This document shows positions 31,168-38,455 of a DNA stretch of 64,000 nt, in pieces. Positions within the stretch are counted from its first letter, which is position 1, and each line of letters opens with the position of its first letter. The stretch comes from a virus. A program made the position numbers and the translations under genes. The stretch is taken from positions 5,909 to 69,908 of the IMG/VR virus record IMGVR_UViG_3300009431_000014; one strand, given 5' to 3'. Under the pieces are notes generated by a model, which searched no databases, had not been told where the DNA came from, and saw nothing but the letters and a program-made list of their open reading frames with translations.

Positions 31168-31514
31168 GGTATGAAACTTTTGATAAGCTCCTAGATCAGA
31201 TGGTCGAAGAGGAGAAAGCAATCGGTAAGATTAAGGGTGATGAGTATACTCAAGGTGATCGATTAGATAATTTTACTCGGTTGGCTAAAGAATTGAATCT
31301 AACTGCGAAGCAAGTTCTGTGGGTATATCTTAAGAAACATTTGGATTCAATTGCCAGTTATATTAAGGATGAAGCTGAGTCTAGAAAGACTGGTAAGCCG
31401 ATGAAAGAATTGTCAGAGCCTATTGAGGGTAGAGTTAAAGATGCTCGGGTATACCTTTCATTACTCCGAGCATTAATCGAGGTAGAAAGAGACACTCCAG
31501 TGTCCAAAGGTTAA
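31164..31514 (+). CDS. All-alpha nucleotide-modification-associated protein
   Basis: KGDEYT..DRLDNF..KHLDSI..EPIEGRVKD..YL pattern. Confidence 0.55.
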   Translation: MRYETFDKLLDQMVEEEKAIGKIKGDEYTQGDRLDNFTRLAKELNLTAKQVLWVYLKKHLDSIASYIKDEAESRKTGKPMKELSEPIEGRVKDARVYLSLLRALIEVERDTPVSKG

Positions 31515-31778
31515 GAGGAGTCCTGATGGAACAATTATATCAGAATGGGAAGCCTGTGGTAATCGTACCGAAGGAAGAGTATGATGCACTCATGGAGTTC
31601 AGTGAGTCTGTCTTCTCTTTGATCGACGGTTTTATTGCAGGTTATATTGAAAAGGAGGACTGATGCAAGTCCTATTTGTAATGGGAATATTATTCTTCAT
31701 TAGTCTTGCCGATGATGCACAGTCTGAAGCTAGGAGAATAAGGAAGAAACACAACATAAAATAGAGGAGGGTGAAATT

Positions 31779-32000
31779 ATGATGATAGCATGCCCGATTT
31801 GTCAAGGTGCTGGTATCGTAGTGAAAGTTCAGCGTTCGAATATTCAGACAGGAGCAGATGGAAAACCTACAATGCAACAAGAGAAGATGTTGTGCCCAGA
31901 GTGTAAGGGAACTGGGTTAGTTGAGCCTGGATACGCAGCTAAGCGTCACATCTTTAACCAGAAGAATAAGGAGTCTAAAGATGGAGAAGAGCAAAAATGA
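31779..32000 (+). CDS. DnaJ-type Zn finger mini-protein
   Basis: CPICQGAG and CPECKGTG repeats. Confidence 0.7.
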   Translation: MMIACPICQGAGIVVKVQRSNIQTGADGKPTMQQEKMLCPECKGTGLVEPGYAAKRHIFNQKNKESKDGEEQK

Positions 32001-32691
32001 TAAAACGAATGTCGCACTCTTAGGCTGTGGCAGAACAGGGAAAGTGATTATCGATTCTATTCTAGAAGATCCAGTTTATGAGCTCGATTTTATTTGTCGA
32101 TTACACCACAAACCTTACAAGAGCTGTAGGGTTATTCACCCCGATAGTCTCAAGGAGACTACAGAAGCAGATACTCCAGATGTTCTTGTTGATTTTACGA
32201 ATCACAAAGCTACGATAGAGAATCTGGAGAGGATTCCTTCAGGTAGTCGGGTTGTATTAGGAACTACAGGATTCTCTTATAAAGAATTGGAGACGCTTAA
32301 ATACTATGGTCAACATCTCAAACTACTCTACGCTCCAAATATCTCGGATGGGATCAATGTCTTACTTAAAGCTTGCAAGCTAATCCGATCTCTCATGCCT
32401 ACTGCAGACATCGTAGTTATGGATGAACACTTCAAAGGTAAGAAAGATGCTCCTTCTGGGACAGGTAAAAGGATTGCGGAGGAACTAGGAGTCAAACATC
32501 CTATCTCAGTTCGAGCAGGAGGTATCGTGGGAGTTCATAAGGTGATGTTTGTGACTGGTAATCAACAGATCACAATTGAACACATGTCTTTCTCTAGACA
32601 AGTATTTGCTGATGCGACGAAACGTGCAATCGAATGGATCAGTAAGGTTGAAGAGAACGGCTTCTACGATGTAACAGAAGTTTATCAGTGA
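31981..32691 (+). CDS. dapB: 4-hydroxy-tetrahydrodipicolinate reductase-like protein
   Basis: GCGRTG, DVLVDFT, VLGTTG, APN.S.G, H..KKDAPSGT, RAGGIVGVH, SRQVFA. Confidence 0.88.
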   Translation: MEKSKNDKTNVALLGCGRTGKVIIDSILEDPVYELDFICRLHHKPYKSCRVIHPDSLKETTEADTPDVLVDFTNHKATIENLERIPSGSRVVLGTTGFSYKELETLKYYGQHLKLLYAPNISDGINVLLKACKLIRSLMPTADIVVMDEHFKGKKDAPSGTGKRIAEELGVKHPISVRAGGIVGVHKVMFVTGNQQITIEHMSFSRQVFADATKRAIEWISKVEENGFYDVTEVYQ

Positions 32692-32700
32692 GGAGGGAAC

Positions 32701-33081
32701 ATGGGAAGATACCAGAATGACTTCATAGCGTGGTTTAAGAAGCATATCTTCAGGAAGAAAGTACTCACTAAGGAAGAATCATTCAAGCTCGAGCAACGTG
32801 AGTTCGTAGCTAAGATATTTAAATCTACAATGATGTTCTTCGATGTCCTACATGAAGCTGAGAGGAATCTTGGTTGGTCTCGTAAGAAACGTAAGCAAGT
32901 GTGGCGTGACTTAGAGAAGGGACACCTCGAGGGGAAGCTGATCGAAGAGATGCAGAAGATCATCGAACCGATACTAAGTGCTGCTAAAGCGAAGGGGATG
33001 CAAAATGGAAATAAGGAAGATGCCGAAGGGCTTCAGTCTGCATGTGAAGCTGCCGATTCCAATCAAGGCAATTCAGATTAA
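32701..33081 (+). CDS. Hypothetical protein
   Basis: ORF with RBS GAGGAGG. Confidence 0.55.
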   Translation: MGRYQNDFIAWFKKHIFRKKVLTKEESFKLEQREFVAKIFKSTMMFFDVLHEAERNLGWSRKKRKQVWRDLEKGHLEGKLIEEMQKIIEPILSAAKAKGMQNGNKEDAEGLQSACEAADSNQGNSD

Positions 33082-33250
33082 TGAGGAGTTCACTGTTGTT
33101 ACTCTGGAAGGTACAATGCAAGGGAATCCTGGTGACTATTTGATTGAGGGTGTGGAGGGTGAACTTTATCCTTGTGCGAAAGATATATTCGAGAAGACTT
33201 ATGATAATGTAACTCCTAAGTTCGATCCACCAGCACCTGCTCAAGGCTAA
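33005..33250 (+). CDS. Conserved phage protein (TLEG..PGDY family)
   Basis: TLEGTM...PGDYLIEGVEGELYPC..DIFEKTY. Confidence 0.7.
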   Translation: MEIRKMPKGFSLHVKLPIPIKAIQINEEFTVVTLEGTMQGNPGDYLIEGVEGELYPCAKDIFEKTYDNVTPKFDPPAPAQG

Positions 33251-33261
33251 ACTCCTAGTTA

Positions 33262-33276
33262 CGTTAAGTAAGTTGA
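33262..33276 (+). promoter_or_regulatory. Phage promoter-like motif CGTTAAGTAAGTTGA heading the Cas7-like operon
   Basis: Intergenic copy before RBS AAGGAGG. Confidence 0.65.
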
Positions 33277-33288
33277 CAAGGAGGAGAA

Positions 33289-33474
33289 GTGCGAAATGGA
33301 AGAAGATCAGGCGAGGATAGAAGGAATTGGGGCAGACGAGAATGTCTCCTTAAGATGGTTGAAGAGACACAAGTTCGGTTATTCTACCCTGAAGATATCT
33401 CCAGAGAACTCGCTATTCCTTTAGATACAGTGAACAGAATGTTGGAAGAAGTCCAACAAGTTGTATCAATTTAA
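33289..33474 (+). CDS. Small HTH-like protein
   Basis: PEDISRELAIPLDTVNRML resembles a helix-turn-helix. Confidence 0.5.
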   Translation: MRNGRRSGEDRRNWGRRECLLKMVEETQVRLFYPEDISRELAIPLDTVNRMLEEVQQVVSI

Positions 33475-33514
33475 AGAGGTACAGTTCCGTGCCTCGTAAC
33501 CAAGGAGGTGTCAG

Positions 33515-34066
33515 ATGTTAGGACAGATCGCGACAGAAGTTAAGGGTTTGTGTCCTCTGATTCAGCATAATCCTGAGAGTATGAGCGTTCTCCCTACAGG
33601 GAAGAAAGTGGATTATAATGATGCGGGATACAAGAAACTGGAGATGGAGAGTACGCAGTATCGGGATGAGAAAGGGAATCTCGTACAGCCCGCAGATCAT
33701 TTTATGGCAGCACTTGTTAAGGCTGGAGCTCGTTTCAAATATGAAGGAAGGTTGAGTTATGCAAGTGTCGTTGAGGGAGGAGTACTGATTGAGCCTGAGA
33801 TGATTCTACATAAGAAAGGGACGAAGGTGGAGAAGTTCGAGCGATGGGTAGTAGTCCCACCTAGAACAGGTGCTCGGATTCGGAGAGTCCGTCCGATAAT
33901 TAAAGATTGGTCTTTGAGTTTCACTACGAATGTGATGAACGATTCGATTAATTTCGAGACATTGAAAAAGATATTTGAGTATGCTGGCTCGTTCATTGGA
34001 ATAGGAAATTGGAGACCTCGTTATGGTAGATTCGAAGTTGTCAAGTTCGGAAGAATCGGGAAATAA
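33515..34066 (+). CDS. Stand-alone Cas7/RAMP-like RNA-binding protein (Vipr-like)
   Basis: N-terminal KGLCPLIQHN strand, YRDEKGNLVQPADHFMAAL, RVRP..W.L.F, C-terminal Gly-rich loop AGSFIGIGNWRPRYGRFEV; no other cas genes in the window. Confidence 0.8.
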   Translation: MLGQIATEVKGLCPLIQHNPESMSVLPTGKKVDYNDAGYKKLEMESTQYRDEKGNLVQPADHFMAALVKAGARFKYEGRLSYASVVEGGVLIEPEMILHKKGTKVEKFERWVVVPPRTGARIRRVRPIIKDWSLSFTTNVMNDSINFETLKKIFEYAGSFIGIGNWRPRYGRFEVVKFGRIGK

Positions 34067-34141
34067 AGCAGTGCCAAGCGTGGTCAGGTTTGGTTTAGCT
34101 TGGTGGTGTCCTGTACGGTAGGGTCAGGTATAGCAAGGTTC
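34067..34141 (+). ncRNA. 5-nt periodic DGY-NN array 1 (15 units), putative guide RNA
   Basis: AGC-AG TGC-CA AGC-GT GGT-CA GGT-TT GGT-TT AGC-TT GGT-GG TGT-CC TGT-AC GGT-AG GGT-CA GGT-AT AGC-AA GGT-TC, starting immediately after the RAMP stop codon. Confidence 0.8.
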
Positions 34142-34163
34142 CATTAATCACAAGGAGGATTAA

Positions 34164-34439
34164 ATGGTAAGATGCAGAGTTAAGAAAGAGGTTTTACCAG
34201 ATAAGTTCGAGGTAAGAGATCTGGTAGGAGTATCATGGAATACATTACAGAAGTTGTTCAAGACTCTTCAGGGTAGAGAGATTACCCCTAAGGATCTCCC
34301 TCAATGGAAGTTAATGCTTGGGTTCGTGAATGCGACGAACAATTCTGTGAAAACGAGCATGCAATGTTTTAAGTTAAGCACATTACCACAATCAATCAAT
34401 TATTTGAAGAAGACATTAAAAAGGACGAGGCGGAGCTAG
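34164..34439 (+). CDS. Hypothetical basic protein between the two arrays
   Basis: AAGGAGG RBS, 91 aa; the last codons overlap array 2. Confidence 0.65.
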   Translation: MVRCRVKKEVLPDKFEVRDLVGVSWNTLQKLFKTLQGREITPKDLPQWKLMLGFVNATNNSVKTSMQCFKLSTLPQSINYLKKTLKRTRRS

Positions 34440-34532
34440 GTAGACTCGTGTTCGGTCAGGTATAGTGGTGTCAAGTGTAGTTTTGTAAGGTTGAGTTCGG
34501 TGATGTAAGGTACGGCATGGTCAGTATAGCGA
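34429..34532 (+). ncRNA. 5-nt periodic DGY-NN array 2 (19 in-phase units plus degenerate tail), putative guide RNA
   Basis: GGC-GG AGC-TA GGT-AG ACT-CG TGT-TC GGT-CA GGT-AT AGT-GG TGT-CA AGT-GT AGT-TT TGT-AA GGT-TG AGT-TC GGT-GA TGT-AA GGT-AC GGC-AT GGT-CA, then GT-AT AGC-GA. Confidence 0.8.
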
Positions 34533-34555
34533 GATATAGAGTTAAGGAGAGCAAG

Positions 34556-34993
34556 ATGAAAGGTTATATAGAGCTTAAAACTAATCTCAAGAATGCTGAA
34601 GTCGTTTCGGTAATGGATAAGCTCTTCAAATACTTCCCAGCGAGATACGTAGGTAGAACTGGTGGGTTCGATGAGAAGGAAGAAACTTATCGTTATGAAT
34701 ACGATACTCGGTGTGATTGGTTTAAGAAGGTACTTAAGAATCATCCTTTAGTCTACGAGATTCGGGATGATCTATACTGTCTCTGTCAATTACATGGTGC
34801 TTCTTTGATTGCTCAGATTATGGGGAACATGAGCAAGAAAGATCACCATGATAAGAAGGGTGCGGTTAAGAGAGTGAGCAATACGATTAATGATTACCTT
34901 GAAGGGAAGATCCATCAGATTGCAGACAGAAAGTTATCTGTCGAAGAGCTCAAGAAGATCTTCGATGTTGTGGAGAAAGAATGCAATTCCTAG
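34556..34993 (+). CDS. Hypothetical protein downstream of array 2
   Basis: AAGGAG RBS before ATG 34556 (the ORF-track start 34517 lies inside the array). Confidence 0.6.
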   Translation: MKGYIELKTNLKNAEVVSVMDKLFKYFPARYVGRTGGFDEKEETYRYEYDTRCDWFKKVLKNHPLVYEIRDDLYCLCQLHGASLIAQIMGNMSKKDHHDKKGAVKRVSNTINDYLEGKIHQIADRKLSVEELKKIFDVVEKECNS

Positions 34994-35427
34994 TATGTAG
35001 CAGACTTTCAATCAAAAGCTTCGTCCCAGACAGGAACCATGTTGTGATCTCAGTTATGGATCCAGGAGACTCTGAAGGTCCAGCTAAGTTCCAGGAGAAC
35101 GAACATACTCTTGGAGTACTCAGATTAGCGTTCCATGATCTATACGGTACCAAGATGGAAGAACGGATAGAAGAGAGTCCAGGTAAATATACTTACTTCG
35201 ATCGTGCTATGGCTAATCAGATCTGGGAGTTCGTCAATAAATTCAATGGACAAGGGATTGAATTGATTGTTTGTCAATGTGAAGCAGGGATTAGTAGAAG
35301 TGCAGGTATAGCTGCAGCATTATCCAAGTGTCTAACTGGGGATGATATGCACTTCTTTAAACACTATATACCGAACCAACTGGTGTATAGATCGTTAGTT
35401 CAAGAGTGGGAAAAGAGAAGGAGGTGA
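34981..35427 (+). CDS. Tyrosine/dual-specificity phosphatase-like protein
   Basis: CEAGISRS (CX5R) P-loop, VISV.DP, L.FHD, PNQLV. Confidence 0.85.
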   Translation: MQFLVCSRLSIKSFVPDRNHVVISVMDPGDSEGPAKFQENEHTLGVLRLAFHDLYGTKMEERIEESPGKYTYFDRAMANQIWEFVNKFNGQGIELIVCQCEAGISRSAGIAAALSKCLTGDDMHFFKHYIPNQLVYRSLVQEWEKRRR

Positions 35428-35432
35428 TCAAG

Positions 35433-35585
35433 ATGGCAGATGTCGTTGGATACTGTGTTAAATGTAAGGCAAAGCAGACCATGGTTGAAGTCAATGAAGT
35501 TACGATGAAGAATGGTCGTAAGGCAGCTAAAGGTAAATGTTCAGTTTGTGGCTGTGGTATGTATAAGATTCTAGGTAAATCGTAA
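35433..35585 (+). CDS. DUF5679-like Zn-ribbon protein (50 aa, not in ORF track)
   Basis: YCVKCKAK..MKNGRKAAKGKCSVCGCGMYKILG; GGAGGTG RBS. Confidence 0.75.
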   Translation: MADVVGYCVKCKAKQTMVEVNEVTMKNGRKAAKGKCSVCGCGMYKILGKS

Positions 35586-35587
35586 CT

Positions 35588-35704
35588 CTGGAGGCATCCA
35601 TAGCGGTAAGTACCCGAAGCTAGGAATTCGAAACTCTTAGGGAGGCTAAGAGGAAGCTCGTTAAAATATCGGGCAGTAAGGCTATGTTGTAAGTCCTCCA
35701 CCAG
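35588..35704 (+). ncRNA. Putative structured ncRNA (long multi-bulge hairpin)
   Basis: Nested pairs TGGAGG/CCTCCA, CATAGC/GCTATG, CCCGA/TCGGG, AGCT/AGCT, CTCTTAG/CTAAGAG in an intergenic gap. Confidence 0.5.
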
Positions 35705-35895
35705 TTTATTATAGAAGGAGTAGTGTTGAATAAACAAGAACAAGCTTCAGTAAATAAACTTATCACTGCAATCGTTGAAGGTGGATCGTCCGTACTCACT
35801 CAAGCGAAGCAGATGTTCGAGTTCTTAATGGAGCGAGATCTACTTAATCAGTACTTCGAGTGGGAACAAAATAAATCAATCAAAGGAGGAACAGG

Positions 35896-36150
35896 ATGAA
35901 AATTAACAAAGACAATGTAATCGGATTCGTAGCTGCAGTGCTCGTGTTATTATTGTGCTACTGGGGATATCGTACAGAAACTAGAGTACGAGAACTTCAG
36001 AGGGTTCATAATAATGTAGTGGCACTCATGAATCAGTCGGGTTTGATTCAAGCTGTTGAAAGACAGAATGCGATGAGAAGACAGCAGGCAGTACAGCCTC
36101 TCCCGAGGACTGTACCAGCACCGAAGCCAGCAGCGATCGAGGAAAAATAA
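35896..36150 (+). CDS. Small membrane-anchored protein
   Basis: N-terminal transmembrane segment; strong RBS. Confidence 0.6.
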   Translation: MKINKDNVIGFVAAVLVLLLCYWGYRTETRVRELQRVHNNVVALMNQSGLIQAVERQNAMRRQQAVQPLPRTVPAPKPAAIEEK

Positions 36151-36396
36151 ATGAAATGGGTGAGGGAGAGCCAGATAACGTTAACTGATTTAGCGATTAT
36201 TTTTGTAACAATCATGAGCTTATGGTTTGTTGGTACTAAGAATAATCTAACCTTCATATATGCGTTCATTGGTAACGTTCTCTGGTTCTCTGTAGCCTTA
36301 AAAAGACGCTTATTGATCGTTTTAATCGTCACTATTATCTACACTATATTCAACATCCGAGCATTCTACCTGTGGGTAATCGTGGGAGTTAACTAA
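36151..36396 (+). CDS. Small three-TM membrane protein
   Basis: Almost entirely hydrophobic 81 aa. Confidence 0.55.
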   Translation: MKWVRESQITLTDLAIIFVTIMSLWFVGTKNNLTFIYAFIGNVLWFSVALKRRLLIVLIVTIIYTIFNIRAFYLWVIVGVN

Positions 36397-36527
36397 TAAA
36401 TAAGTTAATACGCCAAGTATTGGTCGAAAATAGCAGTTATACCGACCAACTTTTCACGTATTGTTAAATGAAAAGGGAAAAACTCTGCGGACACTACTCT
36501 GTAGACCTTACACTTTAAGGAGTCACG

Positions 36528-37073
36528 ATGCAAGAAAAATGTTTAACCTGCGGTACTGATGTTATAAGAACTACTGAGAACAACGAAGAAGTAGTTCGTC
36601 CTGCCAATCCTAACTTCCACCATACCAAGTCCGACTTCAGTGTTCCCTTTTATTGTGAAATTTGCGGTGCTATCAAGCTTAGCTTGAGACCGATTCGAGA
36701 TAAAGTATTCGTTTACCAGAAACCCTTACCAGAGAAAATAGGAAGCATTCATTTACCAGATACCACGGATTATAGAGGTGGCGGTACGAAGACAGTTCTC
36801 GGTGAGAATAAGTTCTGTGTATTGGCTAAGGGTCCAGGAGCATGGGGCAAAGCTGATCCACGTGATCCGAAGTGTAAGAAAGACAAGTGGTATTCTACTG
36901 ATCATATTGAGGTGGGAGATCTTGTACTTTTGAGTACTAAAAACATACCTGCTAAGATGAAGGCAATAGGGAATGATGGTAAAGAATATAACTTTGTTCT
37001 TTGTAATGGCGTAGATATCTATGCTGCATGGGTTCCAGATGAAGAACCAGTTGCTGAAGAGGTGATGGCGTAA
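36528..37073 (+). CDS. GroES-like co-chaperonin with N-terminal Zn ribbon
   Basis: LRPIRDKVFV..IGSIHLPD..VLAKGPG..IEVGDLV..DIYA; CLTC/CEIC. Confidence 0.7.
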   Translation: MQEKCLTCGTDVIRTTENNEEVVRPANPNFHHTKSDFSVPFYCEICGAIKLSLRPIRDKVFVYQKPLPEKIGSIHLPDTTDYRGGGTKTVLGENKFCVLAKGPGAWGKADPRDPKCKKDKWYSTDHIEVGDLVLLSTKNIPAKMKAIGNDGKEYNFVLCNGVDIYAAWVPDEEPVAEEVMA

Positions 37074-37513
37074 TGACTCAGATCCTTTCAGAACTCATAG
37101 TTCCCAAACCTGGACAGAAAGTCAAGGATATAAATACTGGGGAGTTCGGAGAGATTGAGTATTATAAGTATCGTTCTGGAGAAGCGACCTTTATCCCAGT
37201 TCGGATGGAATCAGGTAGGTTAGATAAGCCTAATCATTTCTCGTTCCCCCGTAGGTATGAGGTTGTTGATGATGATTCCGAAGATTACAAGAATCATCTG
37301 GAAGTAAAAAAGATTAATAAGGAGCTCCTTGATAGAGAGAAGGAACTCCATAATATTGGAATTGTTAAGAAGAATAGTCAAGCAGGATTAAAAGAGTTGC
37401 CTTCACTTCTCAAGATTGCGATGCAAGATAGAATCAATGCTCTTGAGAAAGAAGAGAAATCGTTGGAGCGTGAAGTTAAGAAGCTCCAGAAACGTCAAAA
37501 AGAGTTGAGTTAA
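37073..37513 (+). CDS. Hypothetical protein with C-terminal coiled coil
   Basis: ORF translationally coupled to the preceding gene. Confidence 0.55.
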   Translation: MTQILSELIVPKPGQKVKDINTGEFGEIEYYKYRSGEATFIPVRMESGRLDKPNHFSFPRRYEVVDDDSEDYKNHLEVKKINKELLDREKELHNIGIVKKNSQAGLKELPSLLKIAMQDRINALEKEEKSLEREVKKLQKRQKELS

Positions 37514-37515
37514 TT

Positions 37516-37914
37516 ATGAGTGAAGTTCAAGAGAATCAGATGGTTCATATGGGTGACGCAGTACGGAAGCTCGCTGTCGGTATGGTTGGCAGGATCGAGA
37601 ACGGTGCTGTGACATTGAACAAGTTAGAAGAATCTCTTCTTAACTTACTCTATGATAAAGAAAGTGGCGAACTTAAGAATCGGGATCCACAATTCTTATT
37701 GAATGTTTGTAAATATTTTAGAGGTTCCATTACAGTAGAGACTTCAGCAGTGCTGAGTTTCGTATCTTCTTTACAGCGAGGTAAGCTCCCAGCAATTCCA
37801 GGAGATCCTCAAGAAGAACCAGTGAAGTATGATGGAGCTAAGAAAGCTATTATCGATATGGATCCATCGAAGCGAGAAGAGCTTCGTAAAGAACTCGAAG
37901 TAGGTCCAGAATGA
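37516..37914 (+). CDS. Hypothetical protein (possible terminase small subunit)
   Basis: Helical 132 aa near terL; position only. Confidence 0.3.
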   Translation: MSEVQENQMVHMGDAVRKLAVGMVGRIENGAVTLNKLEESLLNLLYDKESGELKNRDPQFLLNVCKYFRGSITVETSAVLSFVSSLQRGKLPAIPGDPQEEPVKYDGAKKAIIDMDPSKREELRKELEVGPE

Positions 37915-38399
37915 TTTACAGTCGTAGTGAGTTATTGAAGCTCTGGCTTGAAGTTATCAGTTATGGTTCTTTGGAAGGTACGCCACTTGCTGAGATGAAG
38001 ACACGTGATTATCGAGAAGGTAATCTTTATTGTAGTCATTGTAAGACTTATACTGCTCGCCTCTCGAATGTCAAAGGTAGGTGGGCATGTGATAGATGTA
38101 ATGATACTGGGATCGGACCGAAGTATAAACCAGCATTTGTTTACAGAATTACGAATGATATGATTGATTATTTCGGTGAAGTTAAAAGTGAGTATCTATT
38201 TGACAGTGCACAGCTACAAGGGTTCGTTAACTTCGTTCAGTTGAATAAGAAATCTAACGAATTCCTCCACTTTCTTGCGTTTATCAGGAAACTCCTGATG
38301 AAAGAAGTGGGATCTCTTGGCGTGCTGGATTTCCTAACCAGTGCTCAACGGAGCATTGACAGGCAGAATGATGCTGTAACACCATCGCCTACGGAATAA
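37911..38399 (+). CDS. Hypothetical Zn-ribbon protein
   Basis: CSHC..CDRC. Confidence 0.5.
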   Translation: MIYSRSELLKLWLEVISYGSLEGTPLAEMKTRDYREGNLYCSHCKTYTARLSNVKGRWACDRCNDTGIGPKYKPAFVYRITNDMIDYFGEVKSEYLFDSAQLQGFVNFVQLNKKSNEFLHFLAFIRKLLMKEVGSLGVLDFLTSAQRSIDRQNDAVTPSPTE

Positions 38400-38455
38400 C
38401 TGTGGGGGCAGTTAGTAGGGGTAGCAAGGAGGAGCCGACATGATAAGGGATCAAC

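Noticed and set aside
34067-34532. Canonical CRISPR array or simple microsatellite next to the Cas7-like gene
   Set aside because: There are no 25-40 nt repeats with spacers, and the units differ at two fixed positions rather than being slippage copies; reported as DGY-NN arrays instead
34436-34744. Minus-strand 102-aa ORF ending TELNLTKLHLTPLYLTEH
   Set aside because: Shadow of the + strand gene and of array 2; the periodic Leu/Thr pattern is an artefact of the 5-nt repeat
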